From NCBI GenBank assembly GCA_963737655.1, contig CAVTTN010000002.1, positions 3,264,001 through 3,328,000 of the forward strand: a stretch of 64,000 nucleotides of DNA. Reading direction: 5' to 3'. The stretch is from an uncultured Planctomycetota bacterium (lineage in GTDB: Bacteria; Planctomycetota; Planctomycetia; Isosphaerales; Isosphaeraceae). The notes beneath the pieces were generated by a model. It was given only the letters and a program-made list of their open reading frames with translations. It searched no databases and was not told where the DNA came from. This document shows, piece by piece, positions 1-9,767 of this stretch. Position 1 is the stretch's first letter. Every line of letters begins with the position of its first letter. Made by a program: the position numbers and the translations under genes.

Positions 1-1
1 G

Positions 2-787
2 GACCTCCTGCCCCTCCTCGTCGTGGCGGCGGCCGGGCTGATCCTGGCGAACCAGCAGGTGGTCAGCGGCCTTCAGATCGAGAATTTCCATTGGGGCTAC
101 GTGTGGGGACCGTTCACGTATCTGCTCCTCCTGGCGATGTGGATCGGCCCCGGGGCCGGGCGGCTCGCAAGGTCTCGGGCGGGCGCCGCGGCCCTGGTCG
201 CCGCGAGCTTGGCGGTCTATGTCGATGGCGTGTGGCTTCGGGTCGTCGAGGTCCAGAGGACGGCCGAAACTCGGTCGATCCAGGCGGATCTTCAGCACTT
301 CCGACGGCTCCTGGCCAGTCCCGAGGGTTCGGCCCTGGCCCCTCAAGCGGTCGTGGCCGGGGAGCGGGAATTCCTCGAACTGGCGCCGATCCTCGCCGAC
401 CTCCGCCCTCTCGACCACTATTCCGCCATGTTCAGCCCGTCGATCGACGAGCCTCATCGCGAGGAGAGGCTGGACCTCAACGCGATGCTCTCGGGCGAGT
501 CGCGAGAGGCCCTGATGGAGCGATCGAGTCGCCAGATCCTCCTGAGCGGGTGGGGACCGTGGGCGCGATCGACCCTGGAACGCGATCGAAAGCTGGCTCG
601 GATGGGGGCGACCTACGACCGGATCGCGGCCGATCTCCCTGAGCAGATCGCCAGCCACCGGGTCCGCTACCTCGCCCTTCGCGCGGGATCTCCCCGCCCG
701 AGCCTCCCCGGCCGATGGATGCCTCGATCGCTGGGCCCCCGATGGGACGTGTACGAACGGACGAGCGGAGACACCGATGGACGGTGA
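2..787 (+). CDS. Membrane protein, C-terminal part (runs off the left edge); possibly a glycosyltransferase-associated membrane protein
   Basis: Frame is open from position 2. Hydrophobic helices (WGYVWGPFTYLLLLAMWIG; AAALVAASLAVYV) are followed by a soluble domain. The stop overlaps the gpsA start. Confidence 0.55.
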   Translation, partial: DLLPLLVVAAAGLILANQQVVSGLQIENFHWGYVWGPFTYLLLLAMWIGPGAGRLARSRAGAAALVAASLAVYVDGVWLRVVEVQRTAETRSIQADLQHFRRLLASPEGSALAPQAVVAGEREFLELAPILADLRPLDHYSAMFSPSIDEPHREERLDLNAMLSGESREALMERSSRQILLSGWGPWARSTLERDRKLARMGATYDRIAADLPEQIASHRVRYLALRAGSPRPSLPGRWMPRSLGPRWDVYERTSGDTDGR

Positions 788-1796
788 GACGGCCGGTCCG
801 CCCCGGCGAGTCGCGATCCTGGGCGCCGGGGGGATGGGGACCGCCCTGGCGCTGCTCTTCGCCGGCTCGGCCGAGTCCGTCCGGCTCTGGTCCCGATCCG
901 CCGAGAGGGCGGAGGCGATGCGAGCGACCCGCCGCAACGCCCTTCACCTGCCCGAGGCCGTCCTTCCCGGGAATGTCCGGCCGACCGGAGACCCGTTCGA
1001 GGCGGTCGCAGGGGCCGACTTGCTCGTGGCGGCGATCCCGACCGCGTTCCTCCGCCAGACCCTCGCCGCGATCGCGCCGGCCGTCCCGGCGGGCCTGCCG
1101 ATCCTGTCGGCCGTCAAGGGGATCGAGATCGCCACGTTCGCCCGGCCGACGGAGATCCTCGCCGAGATACTGGGGCCACGATCCTCGGCCGTCCTGAGCG
1201 GGCCCAGCCACGCGGAGGAGATCGCCCGGGGGCTGCCGGCGTCGGTCGTCGTCGCGGGCGAGGACGAAGCGTTGAATGCGGCGGTCCAGGACGCCCTGAA
1301 TGGCCCGGCCTTCCGCGTGTACACCAATTCGGACCTGCTCGGCGTCGAGCTGGCCGGCGCCCTGAAGAACATCCTGGGAGTCGCGGCGGGGATTTGCGAC
1401 GGGCTGGGATTCGGCGATAATGCCAAGGCGGCCCTGTTGACTCGCGGTCTGATCGAGATCGCGCGATTCGCCTGCGATCACGGGGCCCGCCCGGCCACGT
1501 TCCTCGGTCTGGCGGGCGTGGGCGACGTGATCACCACCTGCTACAGTCCCTTCGGCCGAAACCGCGCCGTGGGGATCAAGGTCGGCCGGGGGGCGACGCT
1601 CGCCGAGGCGCTCGCCGGGATGACCGCGGTGGCCGAAGGGGTGACCACGACCCGGAGCGTCCACGATCGGGCGGCCCTCCGGGGGATCGACATGCCAATC
1701 ACCGCGGAAGTCTATAGAATCCTCTACGAAGACAAGCCGCCGAGGGCGGCCGTCACCGACCTGATGCAGAGGCTCCCGAAGGTCGAATGGACCTGA
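777..1796 (+). CDS. gpsA: NAD(P)H-dependent glycerol-3-phosphate dehydrogenase
   Basis: GAGGMGTALA Rossmann motif, LSGPSHAEE, GVELAGALKN, GDNAKAALLTRG, GLAGVGD...S..GRNR, AEGV. Confidence 0.96.
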   Translation: MDGETAGPPRRVAILGAGGMGTALALLFAGSAESVRLWSRSAERAEAMRATRRNALHLPEAVLPGNVRPTGDPFEAVAGADLLVAAIPTAFLRQTLAAIAPAVPAGLPILSAVKGIEIATFARPTEILAEILGPRSSAVLSGPSHAEEIARGLPASVVVAGEDEALNAAVQDALNGPAFRVYTNSDLLGVELAGALKNILGVAAGICDGLGFGDNAKAALLTRGLIEIARFACDHGARPATFLGLAGVGDVITTCYSPFGRNRAVGIKVGRGATLAEALAGMTAVAEGVTTTRSVHDRAALRGIDMPITAEVYRILYEDKPPRAAVTDLMQRLPKVEWT

Positions 1797-2368
1797 CCGA
1801 CTCGATCGCCCTCGACGCGTCCTCCGTCGCCTTCAAGGAATGGGCCGGCGTGTGCGAGGCCGTCGGCTCCGGCCGGCAAACGCTCCTGTTCCGCAAGGGG
1901 GGGATCGCCGAGGAATCCGGCCGGTTCCGACCCGAACATCCGGCGTTCTGGCTCTATCCCACCGCCGTCCACCAGGCCGAACAGGGCCTCCGAGAGGGGT
2001 TCGACCGGATCGACCCCGCCGGGCAGGCCGGCTCCATCGACCTGACCGCGTTCGTCGTGGTCTCGTCGATCCGATTCGTGGAGAGCGAGGCCACGCTCCG
2101 GGCCCTGGAACCGTTCCACGTCTGGGATGCCTCGACCGTCTCGAAGAAGTTCGGGTATCGGCGGCCGGGGCTGTGGGTCCTGGGCGTCCGGGCGTATCGC
2201 CAGTCCCCTCCCCGGCGGGTGGCGGTCCGCCCGGAGTTCGCCGGGTGCAAGACGTGGGTCAACCTCGGAGATTCGCTGGCGACGGCCGGCCTGGTTCCGG
2301 TCCTGGGCGACGCCGAGGCGGCCCATCGGGAGGCGGCGATGGCCTCGGCCCTCGGCCGGACGGCATGA
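1787..2368 (+). CDS. DUF1802 family protein
   Basis: AFKEWA..C.A..SGRQTLLFRKGGIAE, FWLYPT..HQ and GCKTWV motifs typical of DUF1802. Confidence 0.85.
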   Translation: MDLTDSIALDASSVAFKEWAGVCEAVGSGRQTLLFRKGGIAEESGRFRPEHPAFWLYPTAVHQAEQGLREGFDRIDPAGQAGSIDLTAFVVVSSIRFVESEATLRALEPFHVWDASTVSKKFGYRRPGLWVLGVRAYRQSPPRRVAVRPEFAGCKTWVNLGDSLATAGLVPVLGDAEAAHREAAMASALGRTA

Positions 2369-3543
2369 GCGACCTCCTCGAAGACGCCCGGGAGAACCCC
2401 ACGACTTACGGTCTCGGCGCCCTGTGGGTGGCGGTTTACCTCGCGATGATCGTCCATCAAGGGGCGTTCCCGATCCCGTCGTGGCGTCAGGCCCTGGCCG
2501 GCTGGCCCGTGATGACGATCGGCTCGGTCTCCGTCCCCACCGCCCGCCTCTTCGGCGACCTCAACCCGGTGGACCTCCGCGCCGGCGAGGGCTGGCGAGT
2601 GCTGACCGCGACCTTCATTCACTTCAGCCTGCTGCACCTGCTCTGCAACCTCGTGGCCCTGATCCGGCTGGGCGGGCTGGTGGAAAGCTGGTACGGCCGC
2701 GGACCGTTCCTGCTCGTTTACCTCGGCCTCGGGGCGGCCGGCAATGGCCTTTCCCTGGTGGGACGGAGGCTCCTGGGCGCCTCGGAGATGTTCCAGAGCG
2801 CGGGGGGATCGACGGTCCTGTTCGGCCTGGTGGCGCTGATCGGGGTGGTCGGCTGGCGGTCTCGGACGCGGTTCGGCGCCTACGTGGCGAAGGAAATGGG
2901 GATGGTCCTCCTGCTCTTCGGGGTCATCATGGGGCTGATCGCCCACGGCTACCTCGACAACTACGCCCACGGAGGGGGCACGATCGCCGGGGCGGCGGGT
3001 GCTCTCCTCCATCGTCGGCTGGTTCGGCGGGCGGATTCGAAGCCGGGGCGGCTCGCCGGGGGGATCGGCCTGGCGATCCTGACGGCCTCCGCGCTGCTCC
3101 AGGGAAGCTCGGCCCGGGCCGAGGCCGACGCCTTGGCCCGGCTCCGCGACGATCTGGCGAGGCGCGCGCGGATCTATCAAGAACTCAGGGAAACCTCGCT
3201 GGAGTTCGAGGAGATCCTGCGATTCTGGATGGGCCGAGGGCCCTATCGGACCGACCGGACCGAGCCGATCCGCGCCGACCTCGCCCGACGGCTCGACGCC
3301 CTCGACCGCGACCTCGGCGGAGCCGCCCCGGGCGAGGAGACGGCGGCCTTCGAGGCGTGGAGGCGGACCCTCCGAGGCGCGACTCGGGGACGATTCGTCA
3401 GCGATGACCTTCGCCACGTCGCCGAGGTCTACGATCGCCTCGCCCAGGGTGCCAGCAAGGATTTATTCCAGGCCGGAGACCGGCTCCGGGCCGCCGAGTC
3501 CGGCCGAGCCGTCCTCCAACCAGCGAAGCTCAAGGGCCGGTGA
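2365..3543 (+). CDS. Rhomboid-family intramembrane serine protease with C-terminal helical extension
   Basis: ATG at 2365 overlaps the DUF1802 stop (ATGA). GEGWRVLTATFIHFSLLHLLCN, catalytic SAGGST and DNYAHGGG. Confidence 0.85.
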   Translation: MSDLLEDARENPTTYGLGALWVAVYLAMIVHQGAFPIPSWRQALAGWPVMTIGSVSVPTARLFGDLNPVDLRAGEGWRVLTATFIHFSLLHLLCNLVALIRLGGLVESWYGRGPFLLVYLGLGAAGNGLSLVGRRLLGASEMFQSAGGSTVLFGLVALIGVVGWRSRTRFGAYVAKEMGMVLLLFGVIMGLIAHGYLDNYAHGGGTIAGAAGALLHRRLVRRADSKPGRLAGGIGLAILTASALLQGSSARAEADALARLRDDLARRARIYQELRETSLEFEEILRFWMGRGPYRTDRTEPIRADLARRLDALDRDLGGAAPGEETAAFEAWRRTLRGATRGRFVSDDLRHVAEVYDRLAQGASKDLFQAGDRLRAAESGRAVLQPAKLKGR

Positions 3544-3580
3544 GCCGGCCCCTCGCTCCCGGGAACCCGGCGATCGCGGG

Positions 3581-5116
3581 TCAGCCCCCGGCGAGCTCGG
3601 CCATCTTGCGGAACGTCCCCTTGAGGTCCTGATAGACCTGGCGGTAGATCGGATAGAGCCGATCGTAGATCGCCTTCGACTCCGGGACCATCGCCGTGGT
3701 CTCGACGACCTGGATCGTGGCGTCGCACGCTTCCGCGACGGTCGAAAACCCGCCGGTCCCCACCTGGGCGAGCAACGCCACGCCGAACGCGGGCCCCTCG
3801 CTCGCGTTGATCGTGACCACGTCCTGGCCATAGATATCGGCCTGGATCTGCTTCCACAGGGGATTGCGGGCGCCACCGCCCGAGAGCCGGATCTGCGACA
3901 GATCGACGCCCATCTCGCGGACGAGCTCCAGGCAGTCCCTCATCGCGAACGTGGCCCCTTCGAGGACCGAGCGGATCAGGTGCTCCCGGCCGTGGCGGAC
4001 GGTCAGGCCGACCCATCCACCCCGGGCGAACGGGTCGAAATGCGGCGTCCGCTCGCCGGTCAAGTACGGCAGGAACACCAGCCCTTCGCAGCCCGGACCG
4101 GCGAGCGCGGCCTCATCGGTCAGGAGGTTGTACGGGTCGGTGTGGCGGGCCTTGGCGGCCTCGATTTCCAGGTCGCCGAGCTCATTGCGGAGCCACTGGA
4201 AGCTGCCCCCGGCCGCCAGGACCACGCCGAACGCGCACGATTCGCCGGGGACCGCATGGCAGAAGCGCTGGAGCCTTCCCAGGGGGTCGAACCCCGACTC
4301 GGCCGTGTGGGCGAAGATCACGCCCGAGGTCCCCATCGTCGCCGAGACCACCCCGGGCCGGACGATCCCGTTGCCCACGGCGCCGGCCTGCTGGTCGCCT
4401 CCTCCGCCGACGATCGGCGTGCCGACCGCCAGGCCTGTGGCCTCCGAGCCGATCGAGGAGACGACCGACGACGTATGAGGGCTCTCGAAGCACTCGGGCA
4501 GCAAGCTCGGGTCGAGGTCGAGCTTGTCGAGCAATTCCCGGCTCCATCGCCGGTTGGCCACGTCCAGGAGGAGCGTGCCCGAGGCGTCGCTGACCTCCGT
4601 GGCATAGGTCCCGCTCAGGCGATAGCGGATGTAATCCTTCGGCAGGAGGACCTGGCGGACCTTCTCCCAGGACTTCGGCTCATTCTCGCGGACCCAGAGG
4701 ATCTTGGGCGCGGTGAACCCGGTGAGCGCGGGGTTGCGGACCATCCGGATCAGGGCCTCGCGGCCCCCGGCCTTCTCCTCGATCTCGGCGCACTGGGCGG
4801 AGGTCCTCTGGTCGTTCCAGAGCAGGGCGGGGCGGATCACGTGGCCGTCGGCGTCGAGGAAGACCGAGCCGTGCATCTGCCCGCTGAGGCCCACGCCGGT
4901 CACTTCCGCCGGCTTCAGCTCGGCCGAGGCCAGGACGTCTCGGATCGTGGCGACCGTCGCGGCCCACCACAGGTCCGGGTCCTGCTCCGACCAGCCCGGC
5001 CGGGGGTGCGAACACGGATAGGACGACGACGCCGAGGCGAGGATCTTGCCCGTCTCGTCGATCGCCAGCGTCTTCGTCCCCGACGTCCCGATATCGATCC
5101 CCAGCGTCACGCCCAC
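3581..5116 (-). CDS. xylB: Xylulokinase (FGGY carbohydrate kinase)
   Basis: [58 protein letters not shown]. Confidence 0.93.
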   Translation of the reverse strand: MGVTLGIDIGTSGTKTLAIDETGKILASASSSYPCSHPRPGWSEQDPDLWWAATVATIRDVLASAELKPAEVTGVGLSGQMHGSVFLDADGHVIRPALLWNDQRTSAQCAEIEEKAGGREALIRMVRNPALTGFTAPKILWVRENEPKSWEKVRQVLLPKDYIRYRLSGTYATEVSDASGTLLLDVANRRWSRELLDKLDLDPSLLPECFESPHTSSVVSSIGSEATGLAVGTPIVGGGGDQQAGAVGNGIVRPGVVSATMGTSGVIFAHTAESGFDPLGRLQRFCHAVPGESCAFGVVLAAGGSFQWLRNELGDLEIEAAKARHTDPYNLLTDEAALAGPGCEGLVFLPYLTGERTPHFDPFARGGWVGLTVRHGREHLIRSVLEGATFAMRDCLELVREMGVDLSQIRLSGGGARNPLWKQIQADIYGQDVVTINASEGPAFGVALLAQVGTGGFSTVAEACDATIQVVETTAMVPESKAIYDRLYPIYRQVYQDLKGTFRKMAELAGG

Positions 5117-5268
5117 GGCCTGGACCTCCCGGCATCCGATGACCGACCGCGACGAAACCCCGCGATCGACGAAAGCTTACCAGATCGGCCGGGCGGTTGC
5201 CCCGGGGTCGATCGCGAAACGGCGAAACTTGGCGGATCCACCGCCAGGAACGCCCTTTGATGGGGAAG

Positions 5269-5492
5269 GGAGATGAACCGCCAGGACGCCAAGGGCGCCA
5301 AGAGGAGAGGAGAAGAGGAGCGGAAAAGGAGGAGGAGTTCGAAACGCAGATTTCGCAGATTTCAACATGCGATTCGTTTTCAAATCCGCGAAATCTGCGT
5401 TTCGAATTTCTACCTCTTCAACTCTTCCTCCGCTCCTCTTCTCCTCTTCTCCTCTCCTCTTGGCGCCCTTGGCGTCCTGGCGGTTCATCTCC
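5269..5492. repeat. Nested long inverted repeat (hairpin within hairpin), REP/MITE-like extragenic palindrome
   Basis: Outer arms 5269-5320 and 5441-5492 are exact reverse complements (52 bp). Inner arms 5338-5362 and 5382-5406 match at 24/25. Confidence 0.92.
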
Positions 5493-5496
5493 TTCT

Positions 5497-6354
5497 TCAT
5501 CGGGCCGGAACGATCCACCGCTCCCCGCACCGAAGAACCTTAGCCGCCACCCCATCCGGGAGCCGCCGGGCTTCCGCCTCGAAGTCGCCCACCGGAGCGG
5601 TGTTGAAGGTGAACATGTCGAAGTGATGCGGGACGACGAACCTGGGGCGGATCGCGGAGGCGAAATCGACGGCCTCGGCCGCCGTCATGTTGCCGGGGAC
5701 TCCTCGCGACGGGTCCCGGCCATTGATCGGCAGGAACAGCACGTCGAACGGCTCGGGCCCGAGCCAACCGGCCAGGTCGTCGAACGGGACGGTGTCGCCC
5801 GAATGGTAGACTCGGAGTCCGTCGGCCTCGACGACGTAGCCGAGGTAGAGATTCCGCCCATGATCGTCGATGTCGAGCCCTTCATGGGCCGAGGGGACCG
5901 CCCGGACGAGGAACCCGGTCTGCGCGTGGAGGTCGCCGCTCTCCATCGCCAGAAGCCGCTCATGCTCGATCCCCATCGACCGGGCATGGTCGAATTGCGA
6001 GCACGGCACGATCAGGGTGGCGCCCTGCGAGCACGCCAGGAGGTCGGGCAACGTCCCGGGGTCCATGTGGTCGGAATGCTTGTGGCTGACGAGGATCAGG
6101 TCCACGCGCGGGAGGTCGGCCCCTCGCAGCGGAGCCTCGGTCATCCGAACGTGCGGCTTGTTCGTGTTTGCATACTTCGTTGTCAAATGTTCGGAGAGAT
6201 AAGGATCGAAGACCAGCATCCCGCGACGGGTCTTCAGGACATATCCGCTCTGCCCCAGCCACCAGACCGCGGCCGAGCCGGGTTCGGGGACTGTCGATGC
6301 GATCTCTTCGACGAGATCATGCCCGCTTCGGACGGGCCGGATGAGGTCGGTCAT
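5497..6354 (-). CDS. Metallo-beta-lactamase-fold hydrolase (UlaG/L-ascorbate-6-P lactonase-like)
   Basis: WWLGQSG, DPYLS, SHKHSDHMD, YHSGDT, LPINGRD, PHHFDMF. Confidence 0.85.
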   Translation of the reverse strand: MTDLIRPVRSGHDLVEEIASTVPEPGSAAVWWLGQSGYVLKTRRGMLVFDPYLSEHLTTKYANTNKPHVRMTEAPLRGADLPRVDLILVSHKHSDHMDPGTLPDLLACSQGATLIVPCSQFDHARSMGIEHERLLAMESGDLHAQTGFLVRAVPSAHEGLDIDDHGRNLYLGYVVEADGLRVYHSGDTVPFDDLAGWLGPEPFDVLFLPINGRDPSRGVPGNMTAAEAVDFASAIRPRFVVPHHFDMFTFNTAPVGDFEAEARRLPDGVAAKVLRCGERWIVPAR

Positions 6355-6932
6355 GGCCCGGTCGCTCCTGCGGGCCTCCGGACCTTCCGTTCGAGGAACA
6401 GAGCCAGAAGTCCGCCGGTGATCCCGTGGGCAAAGATCGCCAGAGCGTGCCCGATCCGTTGAAATGTGTCCAGATCTAGATCAGGGGCAGGCGGCGGTGG
6501 AGCAGGCGGCGGTGCGGGCGCCGGTGCCGCGACGTCGGGTGCGATCAACGCCTCTCGATCGATCGACTCGACGGGAGGTGAAGACTGAGGTTGCGGATGG
6601 ATACGCTCATACAACGCGTCGAGGAGGTCCGTCGTGACCAGGTAGTGGGCGTGCCCGTACTCGGGATTCAGGGTGTAGTGGGGGTGACCGTACCAGGTCT
6701 GCAGCCCGAATGCGAGAAATGCATAACCCCCTCCCACAATCACGAAGCCTACCCAGAAGGTTCGCCCATAGCCGACGAATGCAGCGACAAGACCGAACAG
6801 TATCATGGTCATGGCGAGCGTGAAGAGCACGCTGAAGACCAGGTCCGATAGCGACCGCAACGCAGCCGCCGCGACACCGCACGCAGCAACCAGGACCATG
6901 AGACCACCGACCGTCAGGATCGCTTTCCTCAC
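6351..6932 (-). CDS. Hypothetical multi-pass membrane protein with Pro/Ala-rich linker
   Basis: GTG at 6932 overlaps the upstream stop (GTGA). Four hydrophobic segments and a PAPAPPPAPPPP linker. Visibly lower GC than the flanks. Confidence 0.7.
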   Translation of the reverse strand: MRKAILTVGGLMVLVAACGVAAAALRSLSDLVFSVLFTLAMTMILFGLVAAFVGYGRTFWVGFVIVGGGYAFLAFGLQTWYGHPHYTLNPEYGHAHYLVTTDLLDALYERIHPQPQSSPPVESIDREALIAPDVAAPAPAPPPAPPPPAPDLDLDTFQRIGHALAIFAHGITGGLLALFLERKVRRPAGATGP

Positions 6933-7969
6933 GAACCACCCCCGAAACGTTCGTTCCTGACCAGCCGGACCCCTTCGACCATCGCCTTCGCCTTGGCCAC
7001 CGTCACATGCCGGGCCGTCTGCGAGAACCCGCAGTCGGGCGTGACCGTGACCCGGGTAGCGTCCACGAATTTCAGGACGGTCCGCAAGCGATCGGCCACG
7101 AGCTCGGGCGGCTCGATCCACGTATTCTTGACGTCCACCAGCCCCACGGCGACGTCCATCGTCTCGGGAAGTTCGCGGAGGAGCTCGATTTCGGCCATCT
7201 CGCGAGAGGCGAACTCCAGCGCCAGTTGATTCACCTTCGCCCGGCCGATGTGGGGGAACAGCGGGCGATAGGACCGCCAGCCCACCGCCCTCCCGCGGTA
7301 GTTGCCGAAGCACATGTGCATGCTGACGTGGGCGGAGACGCCCTCGACCGTCCGGGCGATCACGTCCAGGAACGCCTCGGGGTCGTCGGGGTGGCAGGCG
7401 AAGCTGGGTTCGTCGAGCTGGAGGAACGCGATCCCGGCGGCCTCGGCGGCGCGAAGCTCGGCGTTCACGATCGGGATCAGGGCTTCCGTGACGGCCATCC
7501 GGTCTTTGTAAACGTCGCCCCCGGCGATGCATCCGGCCAGGGTGAACGGGCCGGGGATGGGCATTTTCGACGGGGCCGACGTGATCGTTCGAAATCGGCG
7601 ATATTCGGCGACGGTGCCGAGGCCCGAGGGGGCCCGGATTGGCTCGACGCAGCGATATTTGCTGCGCTGGTCGTGAGCCGGTGGTCCGAGCTTGCGGGCC
7701 GTGGGGATCGGTTCGAGGCCGAGGATGTGGTCGTAAAAGCCCAGGTTGAAATCGACCCGTTGCATCTCGCCGTCGGTGATGATGTCCAGGCCGACGCGAA
7801 GCTGGTCGTCCACGACGATGCGGACGGCGTCCAGCAGGGCTTCCTCGCGGTCGGCCGGGCCGAATTCCGAGGGATACGAGGCGACGTCGGCGATGAATCG
7901 CTCGTACCAGCCCGGGAACGACCAACTGCCGATCACCGAGGCCGGGATCATCGGGGGTTTGGGGTTCAT
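6929..7969 (-). CDS. Cobalamin-independent methionine synthase II family (single-barrel, MetE C-terminal-like)
   Basis: GLDIITDGEMQR, PGPFTL, LQLDEP, Zn ligands HMC..GN, LEF, PDCGF; start taken at MNPKPP. Confidence 0.85.
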   Translation of the reverse strand: MNPKPPMIPASVIGSWSFPGWYERFIADVASYPSEFGPADREEALLDAVRIVVDDQLRVGLDIITDGEMQRVDFNLGFYDHILGLEPIPTARKLGPPAHDQRSKYRCVEPIRAPSGLGTVAEYRRFRTITSAPSKMPIPGPFTLAGCIAGGDVYKDRMAVTEALIPIVNAELRAAEAAGIAFLQLDEPSFACHPDDPEAFLDVIARTVEGVSAHVSMHMCFGNYRGRAVGWRSYRPLFPHIGRAKVNQLALEFASREMAEIELLRELPETMDVAVGLVDVKNTWIEPPELVADRLRTVLKFVDATRVTVTPDCGFSQTARHVTVAKAKAMVEGVRLVRNERFGGGS

Positions 7970-8039
7970 CGCGGGGGCCTCGCACGTGGGAGACGGACGC
8001 CGCCAGGATGACAGGGACGGAGCCGGATTGCAAACCGAG

Positions 8040-8060
8040 GGCACATTTCATGCGCCCTAC
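8040..8060 (-). repeat. GTAG-type REP element (family A), solo copy
   Basis: Minus strand reads GTAG-GGCGCAT-GAA-ATGTGCC; near-identical to the copies at 15854 and 16000. Confidence 0.7.
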
Positions 8061-8167
8061 TCGACATGGTCGCCCTCCGGGCCGTACCCTGGACCTTTCC
8101 CGCCAGAGGCCCCTCCGATTCGGCCCGTTCCCGGATCCGAGGGCCTCGCCCGAGGGTTCGACGATTC

Positions 8168-8809
8168 ATGGCGAAGATCGATCATCACGTCCATACGACG
8201 CGACACTCGCCCGATAGCTCGATCGACCCCGACGAACTCGTCGAATCCGCCCTCGCCGCCGGCCTGGACGGCGTGGTCATCACGGAACATGACACGCAAT
8301 GGGGCGCCGACGAGCTGGCCGACCTCAACGCCCGGAGTCGGGGCCTGGTGGTGCTCTCCGGCGCCGAGATCTCGGCCCGGGAAGGGCATTTCCTCGTCTA
8401 TGGCCTCCCCGACCTGGAGGAGACGCCTCCGGGGATCGGCATCCTGGAGCTCCTGAAGGTGGTCCGACGCCACGGAGCGGCCATCGTCGCGGCCCATCCG
8501 TTCCGCTGGGACCAGGACTTCTCCGCCATCGTCGCCACGACCGGCCCGGCCTTCGACGCTCTGGAACTCGTGAGCAACAACGTGACTCCCGAGACCCGTG
8601 CGAAGGCCGAGGCCCTCTTGAAGGCGCATCCCTCGATGGGCCGGACCGGCTCCAGCGACGGCCACGAGTCGCCGATCGTGGGCTGCTACTTCTCCGAATT
8701 CCCCGGGCCGATCCGCTCGATGGCCGACTTCGTCTCGGCGTTGAAAGCCCGATCCGGAAAGCCCGGTCATACTCCGGGAAAACCCTCGACGAGCGGCCCT
8801 GTGGGATGA
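8168..8809 (+). CDS. PHP-domain metal-dependent phosphoesterase
   Basis: DHHVHT..HSPDS, ITEHD, GAEI, GHFLVYG, AHPFR, GSSDGH. Confidence 0.88.
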   Translation: MAKIDHHVHTTRHSPDSSIDPDELVESALAAGLDGVVITEHDTQWGADELADLNARSRGLVVLSGAEISAREGHFLVYGLPDLEETPPGIGILELLKVVRRHGAAIVAAHPFRWDQDFSAIVATTGPAFDALELVSNNVTPETRAKAEALLKAHPSMGRTGSSDGHESPIVGCYFSEFPGPIRSMADFVSALKARSGKPGHTPGKPSTSGPVG

Positions 8810-8859
8810 ATCCCCGGACGGTGGCGGAGTCCGGATCTCCATCGAATCGGAGACAACCG

Positions 8860-9687
8860 ATGAGGAATACGCAACGCATTCTCGTCGTCGATGCGTTCGC
8901 CGATCGGCCGTTCGCCGGCAATCCGGCGGCCGTTTGCGTCCTGGAGAGGCCCGCTCCGGAAGAGTGGATGCGGCTGGTGGCGCGGGAGATGAACCTCTCG
9001 GAGACCGCGTTCCTCCACCGACTGAACGACGACGACGCCTATGCCCTCCGCTGGCTCACGCCGACGATCGAGGTGGACCTTTGCGGCCATGCCACGCTCG
9101 CCTCGGCCCATGTCCTGTGGACCGAGGGGCATGAACCGGCCGATCGCCCTCTTCGATTCCGAACTCGGAGCGGAGTCCTCTCCGCGGTTCGCGACGGCGA
9201 GGAGATCGAGCTGGATTTCCCCGCGTGCCCTGCGACGAGATCGGTCGATCTCGCGACGCTTGCCGCGCTTTCCGAAGCCCTCGGCGTTCGGGTTCGGTTC
9301 GTCGGCGCGAACGGCATGGATTGGCTCGCCGAGCTGGATTCCGAGGCGGTGGTCCGAGGCTTGGTGCCGTCGTTCGACGGGCTCACGAAGCTCGGAGGGC
9401 GGGGGATCATCGTCACGAGCCGATCGGACGATCCGGAGTTCGATTTCGTCTCCCGGTTCTTCGCGCCGAATGCCGGCGTGAACGAGGACCCGGTCACCGG
9501 ATCGGCCCATTGCGCCCTCGCGCCGTTCTGGGCGGATCGGCTGGGGAAGACGAGCCTGGTCGGGTTTCAGGCGTCGGCGAGAGGGGGCCGAGTCCGGGTG
9601 CGTCTCGACGGAGATCGCGTGAAACTCGGCGGAGGCGCCGTCACGATGCTTCGAGGCGAGATGATGGGTCCGCCGTCCGCGGGATGA
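8860..9687 (+). CDS. PhzF-family isomerase/epimerase
   Basis: VDAFADRPFAGNPAAV, EMNLSETAF, EVDLCGHATLA, SRFFAP..GVNEDPVTGSAH. Confidence 0.92.
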   Translation: MRNTQRILVVDAFADRPFAGNPAAVCVLERPAPEEWMRLVAREMNLSETAFLHRLNDDDAYALRWLTPTIEVDLCGHATLASAHVLWTEGHEPADRPLRFRTRSGVLSAVRDGEEIELDFPACPATRSVDLATLAALSEALGVRVRFVGANGMDWLAELDSEAVVRGLVPSFDGLTKLGGRGIIVTSRSDDPEFDFVSRFFAPNAGVNEDPVTGSAHCALAPFWADRLGKTSLVGFQASARGGRVRVRLDGDRVKLGGGAVTMLRGEMMGPPSAG

Positions 9688-9767
9688 GGGCCGGCTCCGT
9701 CTCGCCGGACCGAACGGAGTGGATTTCTCGCACCCGACGGATCAGAACGAGTCCTGGAGGAAGAGCC

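Noticed and set aside
5269..5492. Possible CRISPR array or IS ends
   Set aside because: No direct repeat-spacer periodicity, no cas or transposase gene, no clear target-site duplication
5177..5626. Mirror ORFs MNRQDAKGAK...LGALGVLAV on both strands
   Set aside because: Translation by-products of the inverted repeat; no evidence of coding
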